Below, one piece after another: positions 19,435 through 28,746 of a stretch of 32,000 bases of DNA. Source of the DNA: Synechococcus sp. A15-28 (GTDB taxonomy: Bacteria; Cyanobacteriota; Cyanobacteriia; PCC-6307; Cyanobiaceae); contig NZ_CP047931.1 of the NCBI RefSeq assembly GCF_014280175.1, positions 480,001 through 512,000 on the forward strand, read 5' to 3'. Every line of letters starts with the position of its first letter. Position 1 is the stretch's first letter. Below the pieces are notes generated by a model. The model saw nothing but the letters and a program-made list of their open reading frames with translations. It was not told the origin of the DNA and did no database searches. The translations under genes and the position numbers were made by a program.

Positions 19435-21594
19435 ATGACCCGACGCAGGACTCGCCGTTCACCGGTTGCCGTAGGTCAGGGTCTCCTGGGTCTTGCACTG
19501 GGCTTGCCGCTGACTGCAGCACCTCTGCTGGCCCAGGAGGTCGACGTCAACACCGATCCGGTGAATGTCCTTGAGGTTGCGGCACCGCGGGTGCTGATCT
19601 CTGAGGTGATCATCGAGGGCATCTCAGGTCATCCGGAGGAAGAACGGCTGCAGGTGGCGGCCTACGGAGCGATGCAGGTGCGGCCCGGCAGCCGCGTCAC
19701 CCGCGAGGAGCTTCAGCGGGACCTCAACGCGATCCAGGCCACCGGTTGGTTCTCCGACGTGCGGATCAACCCGGTCAACGGCCCGCTCGGGGTGCAGGTG
19801 GTGGTGCAGGTGGAGCCGTTCCCCACCCTCTCGAGCGTTGAGCTGGACCCGGTTTCAGAGGAACTGCCTGAGGACGTTCTTGAAGAGATCTTCAGCCCCG
19901 ATTACGGCCGCACGCTGAACCTCAACGATCTGCAGACGCGGATGAAGGAGCTGCAGGGCTGGTACGCCGAGCAGGGCTACTCCCTGGCCCGCATCTCTGG
20001 ACCGGAGCGGGTCAGCCCGGAGGGTGTGGTGACCTTGAAGCTCATCCAGGGACGCGTGGCCGATGTGGAGGTGCAGTTCCTCAACAAGGAGGGCGATGCC
20101 ACCGATGAGAACGGTGATCCCATCGGCGGCAAGACCAAGGAGTGGGTGATCACCCGCGAAATTTCCGTCCAGCCGGGAGACACGTTCAACCGCAACAGGC
20201 TGGAGAAGGACATCAAGCGTCTGTACGGCACCCAGTTGTTCAGCGATGTGAAGGTCACCCTGAAGCCGGTGCCGGAGGAGCCCGGCGATGTGGTGATCGT
20301 GCTGGGGATCGTGGAGCAATCCACCGGCCAGCTGTCCGGCGGCCTTGGGTACAGCCAGAGCCAGGGTGTGTTCGGCCAGGTGCAGCTGCAGGACAGCAAC
20401 TTCTTCGGTCGCGCCTGGAATGTTGGCCTCAACGTGACCTACGGCCAGTACGGCGGCCTGACCAACCTGAACTTCACCGACCCCTGGATCAAGGGCGACC
20501 GCCATCGCACCTCCTTCCGCGGCTCCCTGTTCCTCAGCCAACAGGTGCCGCAGGTCTTCCAGAGCGAAGACAGCGGCAACATCCGCACCATTGACGGCTA
20601 CGAGGACAACGGCAACAAGTACGCCTACGACGTCGGTCGCAAATACCAGTTCTCCGACAACCAGAAAGTTCCCGGTTTGGTCAACAGGGCCGAGAAGGAG
20701 TACCCCAACCGCAGTTGGTTTGATTACGAAGGCGATTCCTTCGCTCTGCGCAAGACCGGCGGCAGCATCGCCTTCACCCGTCCCCTGAATGGCGGCGATC
20801 CGTTCAAAGACACCCCCTGGCGGGTGTTGGCGGGCCTGTCATTGAGCGAAGTCAGGCCCATCAACTTCGCGGCAGACAGCCGCGTGTATGGCGTGTCCAC
20901 CCGCAACTTCAATGACGGCAGGGTCAAGAACAAGGACATCATCTGCGTGTCGTACAACTGCGCTGACAGCAACCTGCTGACAGGAGTGCGTTTCGCGACG
21001 ACTTACAACAACTTCAACAATCCCCGCAATCCCACCAGCGGCAATTTCTTCACCGCCAGCACCGAGCAGTTCATCGGTGTGAACGAAGATTCCCCCACGT
21101 TCAACCGCCTGCGTGGCAGTTACACCCAGTTCTTCCCGGTGAAGTGGCTGAAATTGCACAAGAAGTGCCGTCCCAAACCCGGTGAGGTGGCGGATTGTCC
21201 GCAGGCCATCGGTTTCCAGGTGAAGGCCGGCACGATCATCGGTGATCTGCCACCGTATGAAGCCTTCTGCATGGGCGGCTCCAACTCGATCCGCGGTTGG
21301 TACGACTGTGACCTGGCCGTGGCCCGCAGCTTTGGTGAGGTCACCCTCGAGTACCGCTTCCCGATCATCAGCGTCTTCTCCGGAGAGCTGTTCGTTGATG
21401 CCGGCACCGATTTCAATACCCAGAAGAATGTGCCGGGTAAGCCGGGTCTGCTGCTGAACAAGGACGGTTCCGGTGTTTCGGTGGGTACCGGCGTGATCGT
21501 CGGCACCCCAGTGGGTCCTCTGCGCCTTGAGGTGGCCAGCAAGGACTTCACCGAGGACTGGCGCTTCAACCTGGGAGTGGGCTGGAAGTTCTAG
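19435..21594 (+). CDS. bamA: outer membrane protein assembly factor, BamA/Omp85 family
   Basis: 719 aa; signal peptide, POTRA repeats (ISEVIIEGISGHPEEE..., GRVADVEVQFLN...GDTFNRNRLEKDIKRLYGTQLFSDVKV), C-terminal barrel ending WRFNLGVGWKF. Confidence 0.93.
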   Translation: MTRRRTRRSPVAVGQGLLGLALGLPLTAAPLLAQEVDVNTDPVNVLEVAAPRVLISEVIIEGISGHPEEERLQVAAYGAMQVRPGSRVTREELQRDLNAIQATGWFSDVRINPVNGPLGVQVVVQVEPFPTLSSVELDPVSEELPEDVLEEIFSPDYGRTLNLNDLQTRMKELQGWYAEQGYSLARISGPERVSPEGVVTLKLIQGRVADVEVQFLNKEGDATDENGDPIGGKTKEWVITREISVQPGDTFNRNRLEKDIKRLYGTQLFSDVKVTLKPVPEEPGDVVIVLGIVEQSTGQLSGGLGYSQSQGVFGQVQLQDSNFFGRAWNVGLNVTYGQYGGLTNLNFTDPWIKGDRHRTSFRGSLFLSQQVPQVFQSEDSGNIRTIDGYEDNGNKYAYDVGRKYQFSDNQKVPGLVNRAEKEYPNRSWFDYEGDSFALRKTGGSIAFTRPLNGGDPFKDTPWRVLAGLSLSEVRPINFAADSRVYGVSTRNFNDGRVKNKDIICVSYNCADSNLLTGVRFATTYNNFNNPRNPTSGNFFTASTEQFIGVNEDSPTFNRLRGSYTQFFPVKWLKLHKKCRPKPGEVADCPQAIGFQVKAGTIIGDLPPYEAFCMGGSNSIRGWYDCDLAVARSFGEVTLEYRFPIISVFSGELFVDAGTDFNTQKNVPGKPGLLLNKDGSGVSVGTGVIVGTPVGPLRLEVASKDFTEDWRFNLGVGWKF

Positions 21595-22421
21595 TGACCC
21601 CTTGGCCGCAGGACTATTCAGGCGCCTGGACCCTTGCTGCCGAGGTGGAGCGGCAGGGGATCGGTCTGCACAGCGGTGTTGTTTCGACCGTTCGCCTCTG
21701 CCCCTGTGAGCAGCCCGGGTTTTATCTGCGCTTTGAGGGGGCTGCCGAAACGGTTCGTCTCAGCCCTGATCAGGTGCAGGACAGTCAGCTCTGCACAACG
21801 CTGGACCTTGGAACGCGTCGGGTGGCCACCGTGGAGCACCTGCTGGCGGCCCTGGCCGGCTGTGGTCTCTCCCATGCCGAGATCGTTGTGCAGGGCGGCG
21901 AAATTCCCCTGCTGGATGGTTCCGCCCTCGGCTGGGTGGAGGCGATTGCGGAGGCCGGCCTGCAGCCCGCCGCCAGCGAACGGCCGCCGGCTCCACGGCT
22001 GGAGCAGCCCCTGGTGCGGCACCGCGGCAGCAGTGTGATCACCGCCACACCGGCCGACCGCTTCAGTCTGGTGGGCATCATCGCCTTCCCCCAGGCCGCG
22101 ATCGGTCGTCAGCAGCTGGCCCTGGAGCTGACGCCGGAACGTTTCGTTGAGGAGATCGCACCAGCTCGCACCTTCGGATTCCGTGAGCAGGTGGAGCAGC
22201 TGCGGGCGGCTGGTCTGATCCAGGGCGGTGCCCTGGACAATGCCCTCGTCTGCGACGGTGATCAATGGCTGAACCCGCCGCTGCGCTTTGCTGACGAACC
22301 GGTGCGCCATAAGCTGCTGGACCTCATCGGTGATCTGGCGCTTGTGGGCTTTCCCCAGGCCCAGGTCCTCGTGTACCGGGGCTCCCACGGGCTCCACACC
22401 GATCTCGCCGCTGCCCTGTGA
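21594..22421 (+). CDS. lpxC: UDP-3-O-acyl-N-acetylglucosamine deacetylase
   Basis: [78 protein letters not shown]; GTG start overlapping bamA stop (TAGTG). Confidence 0.96.
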   Translation: MTPWPQDYSGAWTLAAEVERQGIGLHSGVVSTVRLCPCEQPGFYLRFEGAAETVRLSPDQVQDSQLCTTLDLGTRRVATVEHLLAALAGCGLSHAEIVVQGGEIPLLDGSALGWVEAIAEAGLQPAASERPPAPRLEQPLVRHRGSSVITATPADRFSLVGIIAFPQAAIGRQQLALELTPERFVEEIAPARTFGFREQVEQLRAAGLIQGGALDNALVCDGDQWLNPPLRFADEPVRHKLLDLIGDLALVGFPQAQVLVYRGSHGLHTDLAAAL

Positions 22422-22888
22422 CTGACTCCCCCGCCGCGGCTGCTGCTCAGCCCTCTGTGGTGCTGACCAGCGAACAGATCGCCGGATTGCTTCCACACCG
22501 CTATCCGTTTGCACTGGTGGACCGGGTGATCGCCCATGAGCCCGGGGTGTCGGCGACCGGAATCAAGAACGTGACGGTGAATGAGCCGCAGTTTCAGGGG
22601 CACTTCCCCGGGCGCCCGTTGATGCCTGGCGTTCTGATTGTTGAGGCGATGGCCCAGGTGGGCGGGCTGATCGTGACCCAGATGCCGGATCTGCCGAAGG
22701 GTCTGTTCGTGTTTGCCGGGATCGACGGGGTACGCTTCCGCCGCCCCGTAGTTCCCGGAGATCAGCTGGTGATCCACTGCGAACTGCTCAGCCTCAAGCG
22801 CAAACGCTTCGGCAAGGTCAAAGCGGAAGCCACCGTGGAGGGTGAGCTGGTGTGTTCCGGTGAGCTGATGTTCTCCCTGGTGGACTGA
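22418..22888 (+). CDS. fabZ: (3R)-hydroxyacyl-ACP dehydratase
   Basis: [56 protein letters not shown]. Confidence 0.96.
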   Translation: MTDSPAAAAAQPSVVLTSEQIAGLLPHRYPFALVDRVIAHEPGVSATGIKNVTVNEPQFQGHFPGRPLMPGVLIVEAMAQVGGLIVTQMPDLPKGLFVFAGIDGVRFRRPVVPGDQLVIHCELLSLKRKRFGKVKAEATVEGELVCSGELMFSLVD

Positions 22889-22893
22889 GAGCG

Positions 22894-23721
22894 ATGACGG
22901 TGGAGCAGGCGCCCGTTCAGATCCATCCCCAGGCGGTGGTGGACCCCAAGGCCGAGCTGGCGGCTGGGGTGGTGATCGGCCCAGGCGCTGTGGTGGGTCC
23001 TGACGTGGTGATCGGCGAGAACAGCTGGATCGGTCCCCATGCGGTGCTGGAGGGTCGACTGACCCTGGGCCGCGATAACAAGGTGTTCGCAGGAGCCTGC
23101 CTGGGCCAGGAACCGCAGGACCTCAAGTACTGCGGAGCGCCGACGGAGGTGGTGATCGGCGACGGCAACACCCTGCGGGAGTGCGTGACGATCAACCGCG
23201 CCACCGACGAAGGGGAGGTGACCCGGATCGGCAACGGCAATCTGCTGATGGCCTACTGCCATCTCGGCCATAACTGCGAGCTGGGGAACGGAATCGTGAT
23301 GTCCAATGCCATCCAGGTGGCCGGGCACGTGATCATCGAGGACCGGGCGGTGATCGGCGGCTGCCTCGGGATCCATCAGTTCGTCCACGTCGGCGGGATG
23401 GCCATGGTGGGGGGCATGACCCGCGTCGACCGTGATGTGCCCCCCTACTGCCTGGTGGAGGGCCACCCGGGGCGGGTGCGCGGGCTCAACCGGGTGGGCC
23501 TGCGGCGCAGTGGTCTGGCTCGTCAGCATGACGGGCGTGAGTTCAAACAGCTCCAGGAGATCTGGACGCTGCTTTACCGCTCCGATCTGGTGATCGCTGA
23601 GGGGCTGAAGCAGGCCCAGCAGCAGGAGCTGCTGCCGGCGGCAGCCCATCTCTGCAGCTTCATGGCGGAGTCGATTGCAGATGGGCGCCGTGGCCCGATG
23701 CCGGCGTTGAGCAGTCGCTGA
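22894..23721 (+). CDS. lpxA: acyl-ACP--UDP-N-acetylglucosamine O-acyltransferase
   Basis: Left-handed beta-helix hexapeptides, [67 protein letters not shown]. Confidence 0.97.
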   Translation: MTVEQAPVQIHPQAVVDPKAELAAGVVIGPGAVVGPDVVIGENSWIGPHAVLEGRLTLGRDNKVFAGACLGQEPQDLKYCGAPTEVVIGDGNTLRECVTINRATDEGEVTRIGNGNLLMAYCHLGHNCELGNGIVMSNAIQVAGHVIIEDRAVIGGCLGIHQFVHVGGMAMVGGMTRVDRDVPPYCLVEGHPGRVRGLNRVGLRRSGLARQHDGREFKQLQEIWTLLYRSDLVIAEGLKQAQQQELLPAAAHLCSFMAESIADGRRGPMPALSSR

Positions 23722-24902
23722 TGGTGCGGCTGCTGATCAGCACCGGTGAGGTGTCCGGTGATCTGCAGGGCAGCCTGTTGATACGAGCCCTGCGGGCAGA
23801 GGCCGAACGCCGCCAGCTGCCGTTGGAGCTGCTGGCCCTGGGGGGCACGCGGATGGAGGCTGCCGGGGCGGAATTGCTGGCGGATACGGCGCCGATGGGG
23901 GCCATCGGCCTGTGGGAGGCCGTGCCGCTGATCCTTCCGACCCTGCGACTGCAGGCCCAGGTGGACCGGTCGCTGGAGCAGCGGCCGCTGGATGGGGCGG
24001 TGTTGATCGACTACGTCGGCGCCAATGTGCGGCTGGGGGGCAAGCTGCGCCGCAAGCACCCGTCCCTGCCGATCACGTACTACATCGCCCCCCAGGAGTG
24101 GGCCTGGCGATTCGGTGATGGCAGCACCACCCGGCTGCTGGATTTCACCGACCGCATCCTGGCCATCTTCCCAGCGGAGGCGGAGTTCTATGGCCAACGC
24201 GGGGCCAATGTCACCTGGGTAGGCCACCCTCTACTGGATAGCTTCCAGGAGCTCCCTGGCCGCAAGGAATCCCGCCAGCAGCTGGGGTTGAACCCCGAAG
24301 CTCCGGTGCTGCTGCTGCTGCCGGCCTCCCGCCCCCAGGAGCTGAAGTACCTGATGCCCCCCCTGGCGGCTGCCGCGGCGATGCTGCAACGCCGCCGACC
24401 TGGACTGCAGGTGCTGGTGCCGGCTGGTCTGGAGCGGTTTGAGCAGCCCCTGGGCGAAGCCCTGGCGGCAGCGGGTGTGGCAAACGCGCGGGTGATCCCT
24501 GCAGCGCAGGCGGATGGCCTGAAGAAATCCCTCTGTGCGGCGGCGGATCTGGCCCTGGGCAAGTCGGGCACGGTGAATCTGGAGTTGGCCCTGCAGGGGG
24601 TTCCCCAGGTGGTGGGCTATCGCGTCAGTGGCCTGACGGCGTTCGTGGCCAGGCACATCTTGCGGTTCCAGGTGGATCACATCTCGCCGGTGAACCTGCT
24701 GCTGAAGCAGCGCCTGGTGCCGGAGCTGCTGCAGGACGAGCTCACCGCCGAGTCGTTGGTGGAGCAGGCTTTGCCGCTGCTACAGCCCGGGCCGGAACGG
24801 CAGCGGATGCTGGATGGCTACGGTCAACTCCGATTAACGCTGGGGGAGCCGGGTGTGACGCAGCGGGCAGCCAAGGCCATTCTCGATCAGGTGCAGCGAT
24901 GA
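23721..24902 (+). CDS. lpxB: lipid-A-disaccharide synthase
   Basis: [71 protein letters not shown]. Confidence 0.95.
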   Translation: MVRLLISTGEVSGDLQGSLLIRALRAEAERRQLPLELLALGGTRMEAAGAELLADTAPMGAIGLWEAVPLILPTLRLQAQVDRSLEQRPLDGAVLIDYVGANVRLGGKLRRKHPSLPITYYIAPQEWAWRFGDGSTTRLLDFTDRILAIFPAEAEFYGQRGANVTWVGHPLLDSFQELPGRKESRQQLGLNPEAPVLLLLPASRPQELKYLMPPLAAAAAMLQRRRPGLQVLVPAGLERFEQPLGEALAAAGVANARVIPAAQADGLKKSLCAAADLALGKSGTVNLELALQGVPQVVGYRVSGLTAFVARHILRFQVDHISPVNLLLKQRLVPELLQDELTAESLVEQALPLLQPGPERQRMLDGYGQLRLTLGEPGVTQRAAKAILDQVQR

Positions 24903-25540
24903 GACGGCTACTGCTGGCTGTGCTGATCGGGTTGCTGGCGCTCCCCTCCGCCGTGATGGCCGACACGGAGACCGCCGTCTTCGCCGGAGGTTGCTTCTGG
25001 TGTCTGGAGCACGATCTGGAGGATCTTCCCGGTGTGCTGGAGGCCACCAGCGGCTACAGCGGCGGCCATGTGGACAACCCCACCTACCGCCAGGTGAGCG
25101 GCGAAACCACGGGTCATCAGGAGGTGGTGGAGGTGCGGTTTGACCCGGACCAGATCAGTTACGGCACGCTGCTGCGCAGTTACTGGCGCAATGTGGACCC
25201 TTTGGATGGGGGCGGCCAGTTCTGCGACCGTGGGGACTCCTACCGGCCCGTGATCTTCACAGCGGATGCAGCTCAGGCCCGTGAAGCTGAAGCGAGTGCC
25301 CAGGCTGCTGCCGTGGAGCTGGGACAACCCCGCTCGGCGCTGAAGGTGGAGCTGCGGGATGCCGCGCGCTTCTGGCGAGCCGAGGATTATCACCAGAATT
25401 ACGCCGAGCTGAACGAGCTCAAGTACAACTTCTACCGCTTCAGTTGTGGCCGGGACCGGCGTCTGGATCAGGTCTGGGGCGACAACGCCCGAGGCGATGC
25501 GGCCTGGTCGAAGCCGGCCGAACCCGGTCGAAACCCTTAA
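24899..25540 (+). CDS. msrA: peptide-methionine (S)-S-oxide reductase with predicted signal peptide
   Basis: [61 protein letters not shown]; N-terminus [21 protein letters not shown]; ATGA overlap with lpxB. Confidence 0.94.
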   Translation: MRRLLLAVLIGLLALPSAVMADTETAVFAGGCFWCLEHDLEDLPGVLEATSGYSGGHVDNPTYRQVSGETTGHQEVVEVRFDPDQISYGTLLRSYWRNVDPLDGGGQFCDRGDSYRPVIFTADAAQAREAEASAQAAAVELGQPRSALKVELRDAARFWRAEDYHQNYAELNELKYNFYRFSCGRDRRLDQVWGDNARGDAAWSKPAEPGRNP

Positions 25541-25681
25541 GAAATAAATAATCAACCTATGGAAAAGATTAAGCGAATGAGTTGTCTTGACTCAGTCAGT
25601 TCTCAGTGAACAGACGGGTTCCCGCCAATCGACCACCATTGAGGCAATGCTTACGATCACGTTCGTGCTGGGAGGAGATGT

Positions 25682-25873
25682 ATGTATTTGCTGACCATTA
25701 AGGATGGTCTGGGAACGCGTCATATCGGCCCGTATCCATCTCCGAAACATGCTTCGGATGACCTTGATCGCGTGCTGGAGTCCTGCTCCGATCGGGCCCG
25801 CTGGCAGATTCACGCTCTGGAAACGCCAGAGCGCCACGGTTCCACCCGCTTCCACGCCGTCGCAGCGTCCTGA
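25682..25873 (+). CDS. small hypothetical protein (63 aa)
   Basis: MYLLTIKDGLGTRHIGPYPSPKHASDDLDRVLESCSDRARWQIHALETPERHGSTRFHAVAAS; GGGAGGAG sequence just upstream of the ATG. Confidence 0.6.
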   Translation: MYLLTIKDGLGTRHIGPYPSPKHASDDLDRVLESCSDRARWQIHALETPERHGSTRFHAVAAS

Positions 25874-26116
25874 TCAGCAGCGGGGTCCGCGACCGGGAAA
25901 CCCTCTGGTCAGGCCGCTGTCGATCATCAAACCAATTCCGGCATTGATGCAGATCAGGCTGAGGGTGCCGGTCCAGAACCACTCGCCGGCCTGGCCGCCC
26001 ATCAGCTGAACCACCCGGCGGCTCACCGCCTCGCCGAACAGGCAAAGGCCCACCGGCAGCAGCAAAACCCCGGCCTGGGCCTTCAGGTACCAGCGCCAGG
26101 GTGAAGTGGGTTTCAT
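25874..26116 (-). CDS. small hypothetical membrane protein (80 aa)
   Basis: MKPTSPWRWYLKAQAGVLLLPVGLCLFGEAVSRRVVQLMGG...WTGTLSLICINAGIGLMIDSG; two hydrophobic segments; start overlaps pepA stop as ATGA. Confidence 0.7.
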   Translation of the reverse strand: MKPTSPWRWYLKAQAGVLLLPVGLCLFGEAVSRRVVQLMGGQAGEWFWTGTLSLICINAGIGLMIDSGLTRGFPGRGPRC

Positions 26117-27576
26117 GCCGGGTTGCACACCCAGTTGGCCAGGGTGCGGACGCCGTAACCGGTGGCACCGGCGGGGTCCAGACCACGGCCCTTGTCGCTC
26201 CAGACGGTGCCGGCGATGTCGATGTGGGCCCAGGCGATGCCGTCGCCGACGAAATGCTCAAGGAACAAGGCTGCCGTGATCGAGCCACCGGGCCTGGGGC
26301 CCGTGTTCTTGAAATCGGCCAGCTTGGATTTCAAGCCCTCCTTGTAGGAAGCGCGCAATGGCATTCGCCAGAGCCCTTCACCACCGGCATCCGCCGCCTG
26401 CTGAAGCGCTGTGGCCAAGCCATCATTGTTGCTCCACAGGCCTGCCATCTCATCGCCGAGGGCGATGACGCAGGCGCCGGTGAGGGTGGCCAGGTCAACG
26501 ATGGCGTCGGGCTTCTGCTCACAGGCGTAGAGCAGGGCATCGGCCAGGGTCAGACGGCCTTCGGCATCGGTGTTGTTGATTTCGATCGTGGTGCCGTCTG
26601 CGGCGGTGACGATGTCACCGGGATGCACGGCGGAGCCGTTGATCATGTTTTCGCAGGAGGCCACGATCATGTGCACCTCCACCCCTGCCGGCTTGCGTTC
26701 GGCGATGGCGCGCATGGCCCCCAGCACCGCTGCGCTGCCGCCCATGTCGAACTTCATCATGTCGATCTGGGCGGCCCCCACCTTGAGGTTGTAACCGCCG
26801 GAATCGAAGGTGAGGCCTTTGCCCACCAGGGCCAACCGACGCTTCACCTCACCGTCGGGGCGATAGATCAGGTGAATCAGCTTGGGGTCGAGATCGGAGC
26901 CCTGGCTGACGCAGAGAAACGCTCCCATTCCACGGGCTTCACACTCGGCACGTTCCAGAACGGTGAGCTCCAGGCCGTGGTTGCGGGAGAGTTCGGCGGC
27001 GGTCTCCGCCAGGGCGGCGGGCGTCGCCACATTCGGAGGAGCGGCCACCAGCTCACGGGCCAGCTCCACACCGGCGCAGGTGGCATTCACGGCCTGGAGG
27101 CCGGCAGCGGCCGTGGGAGGCAGCCCGATCAACTCCAGGCTCTCCGGCTGACACCGTGGTTCCGGGGCCTTGCGGAAGCGCTGGTCGGCGTAGAGGGCCA
27201 GGCGCGCTGCCTCTGCAGCGGCAACGGCGGCGGCGGCGGGTTCCAGTCCATCCCAGCAGAGCTGCAGCCCCAGGCTGCCGGTGTGGCCGCTGGCGGCCTT
27301 GGCGGCCCGGGCGGCGGCGCTGCGCACCCCATCGAGGTTGAAGCCGTTGGCCGGCCCCAGGCCCAGCACCACCAGTCGTTGGGGGCCGTCGCTGCCGAGG
27401 CGGTTGATCAGCAGCTGCTCCGCCGGTTTGCCTTTGAACTGCTGCTGTTCGAGGGCTGCGCCCAGGCCGGGGAAGCGGGCTTCCAGGTCGGTGGCGGGCT
27501 GGTCCTGCAGCAGTCCCACCACGAGCACATCACCGGTCCAGTCCTGAACACTTTCGCCGGAGAGAGAGGAGCGCAT
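26113..27576 (-). CDS. pepA: leucyl aminopeptidase
   Basis: VGKGLTFDSGGYNLK, NTDAEGRLTLADALLYA, DLATLTGACVIALG motifs of M17 peptidases. Confidence 0.96.
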   Translation of the reverse strand: MRSSLSGESVQDWTGDVLVVGLLQDQPATDLEARFPGLGAALEQQQFKGKPAEQLLINRLGSDGPQRLVVLGLGPANGFNLDGVRSAAARAAKAASGHTGSLGLQLCWDGLEPAAAAVAAAEAARLALYADQRFRKAPEPRCQPESLELIGLPPTAAAGLQAVNATCAGVELARELVAAPPNVATPAALAETAAELSRNHGLELTVLERAECEARGMGAFLCVSQGSDLDPKLIHLIYRPDGEVKRRLALVGKGLTFDSGGYNLKVGAAQIDMMKFDMGGSAAVLGAMRAIAERKPAGVEVHMIVASCENMINGSAVHPGDIVTAADGTTIEINNTDAEGRLTLADALLYACEQKPDAIVDLATLTGACVIALGDEMAGLWSNNDGLATALQQAADAGGEGLWRMPLRASYKEGLKSKLADFKNTGPRPGGSITAALFLEHFVGDGIAWAHIDIAGTVWSDKGRGLDPAGATGYGVRTLANWVCNPA

Positions 27577-27644
27577 GGCCTGGCCCGTCGCAAACGCCGA
27601 GCGTAGCGATGCTGCTAGGAGAGGGGGCCGATGGCGCGAGAAGG

Positions 27645-27734
27645 ATGCTCCCCAATGTGGCTCTGCTGGCCGTGGCGGCGCTGATCGGCGTCAGCCCGCT
27701 GGTGTGGGTGATTCTTCATTCCAACGGCGGCTGA
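27645..27734 (+). CDS. candidate 29-aa single-TM small membrane peptide
   Basis: ATG...TGA open frame MLPNVALLAVAALIGVSPLVWVILHSNGG; almost entirely hydrophobic; below the ORF-track cutoff. Confidence 0.35.
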   Translation: MLPNVALLAVAALIGVSPLVWVILHSNGG

Positions 27735-28177
27735 CAGCGCTGGTTCAGGGCTTGGATGATCAGCGCTTCCGCATCGGTCTGGCCCTGAAGCAGGAAGGCC
27801 TCCTGTTCCAGCGCCATGTGCTCCTGCCGGTAGTGGTTGGTCAGTAGGTAACGAATGCGGCTTTCCACGGCTGGATCTGCGCGGCGTTGGATGCCGATCA
27901 AGGTGAGCTTGCCGCTGGGACAGCTCTGGGCGGCATGGACGGCCTCATGCAGCAGGACTGGCCGGGTGATTCCCAGCTCTTGCACGAGCGGGGAGATCTC
28001 CAGCAGCTTCCGGGCCGGCAAAAAACGGCCGTAGGCCCCGCCCGGGGGCTGCCGCACCTCGATGCGGAAGCCATTGCGCAGCAGGGTCTTCTGGAGGGAA
28101 AGGAGTCCATTGGCCATGGCACTGCCGGGGGCCAGCAGCAGGGCGGAGAGCAGCAGCAGGCCTGCGCAAGACCTCAC
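27716..28177 (-). CDS. exported hypothetical protein with HEXXH motif
   Basis: Signal peptide (MRSCAGLLLLSALLLAPGSAMA) and ITRPVLLHEAVHAAQSC (HEAVH); GTG start overlapping upstream gene stop (GTGA). Confidence 0.7.
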   Translation of the reverse strand: MRSCAGLLLLSALLLAPGSAMANGLLSLQKTLLRNGFRIEVRQPPGGAYGRFLPARKLLEISPLVQELGITRPVLLHEAVHAAQSCPSGKLTLIGIQRRADPAVESRIRYLLTNHYRQEHMALEQEAFLLQGQTDAEALIIQALNQRCQPPLE

Positions 28178-28746
28178 AGTTCAGCGGTGAACGGGGTGGC
28201 CCAGCGCTGCCGCGTTTCCTTGTTGAACGGCGGCAACCAGTGCTGGATCAGGGCCTGTTCCAGGGCGCGGCGGGCTTTGGTGCTGCGGGGCACATCGCTG
28301 CAGAAACGGATGCTCAGTTGATGGGCCACCTTGCAGCGCTGCAGGGCTTCGCCGTAGGCCGCCAGGTAGGCCTTGCAGTCGTGTTCCCCCTTCCAGCGGC
28401 GATCGGCGGCCATGGTCTCGCCGATGTAGAGCAGCAGCGGCTGTTCGAGATCCGCCGGTCGATCCAGCACGAAATACATCGCCGCTCCGACGTGGGGGCT
28501 GTCGGGCCAGCGCCAGAAGGTCAGTGGCAGCGGCGTGAGGGCCAGGGGATCGATGGCGCGCACCGCAGCGCTGCAGCTGTCGCCGAACAGGGTGGTCTGA
28601 CTGGTGCGCTCAGGGGCGCCGCGAAACAACGGGGCCTGATGGCCGTGCAACCGCTGCTGCCAGGCCCGCAGCTGCTCGGCATCCAACGTCAGCTCGGCGG
28701 GTTGAGATGCCGCCAGGCCGGCGCTGGCGAACAGATCCCCTTGCAT
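28174..28746 (-). CDS. GIY-YIG nuclease-like protein
   Basis: AAMYFVLDRPADLEQPLLLYIGET...WKGEHDCKAYLAAYGEAL...IRFCSDVPRSTKARRALEQALIQHWLPPFNKETRQRW; pattern resembles divergent GIY-YIG domains. Confidence 0.65.
   Translation of the reverse strand: MQGDLFASAGLAASQPAELTLDAEQLRAWQQRLHGHQAPLFRGAPERTSQTTLFGDSCSAAVRAIDPLALTPLPLTFWRWPDSPHVGAAMYFVLDRPADLEQPLLLYIGETMAADRRWKGEHDCKAYLAAYGEALQRCKVAHQLSIRFCSDVPRSTKARRALEQALIQHWLPPFNKETRQRWATPFTAEL

Noticed and set aside
26101-27606. 501-aa plus-strand ORF antisense to pepA
   Set aside because: Shadow of the conserved M17 peptidase; no recognisable motif
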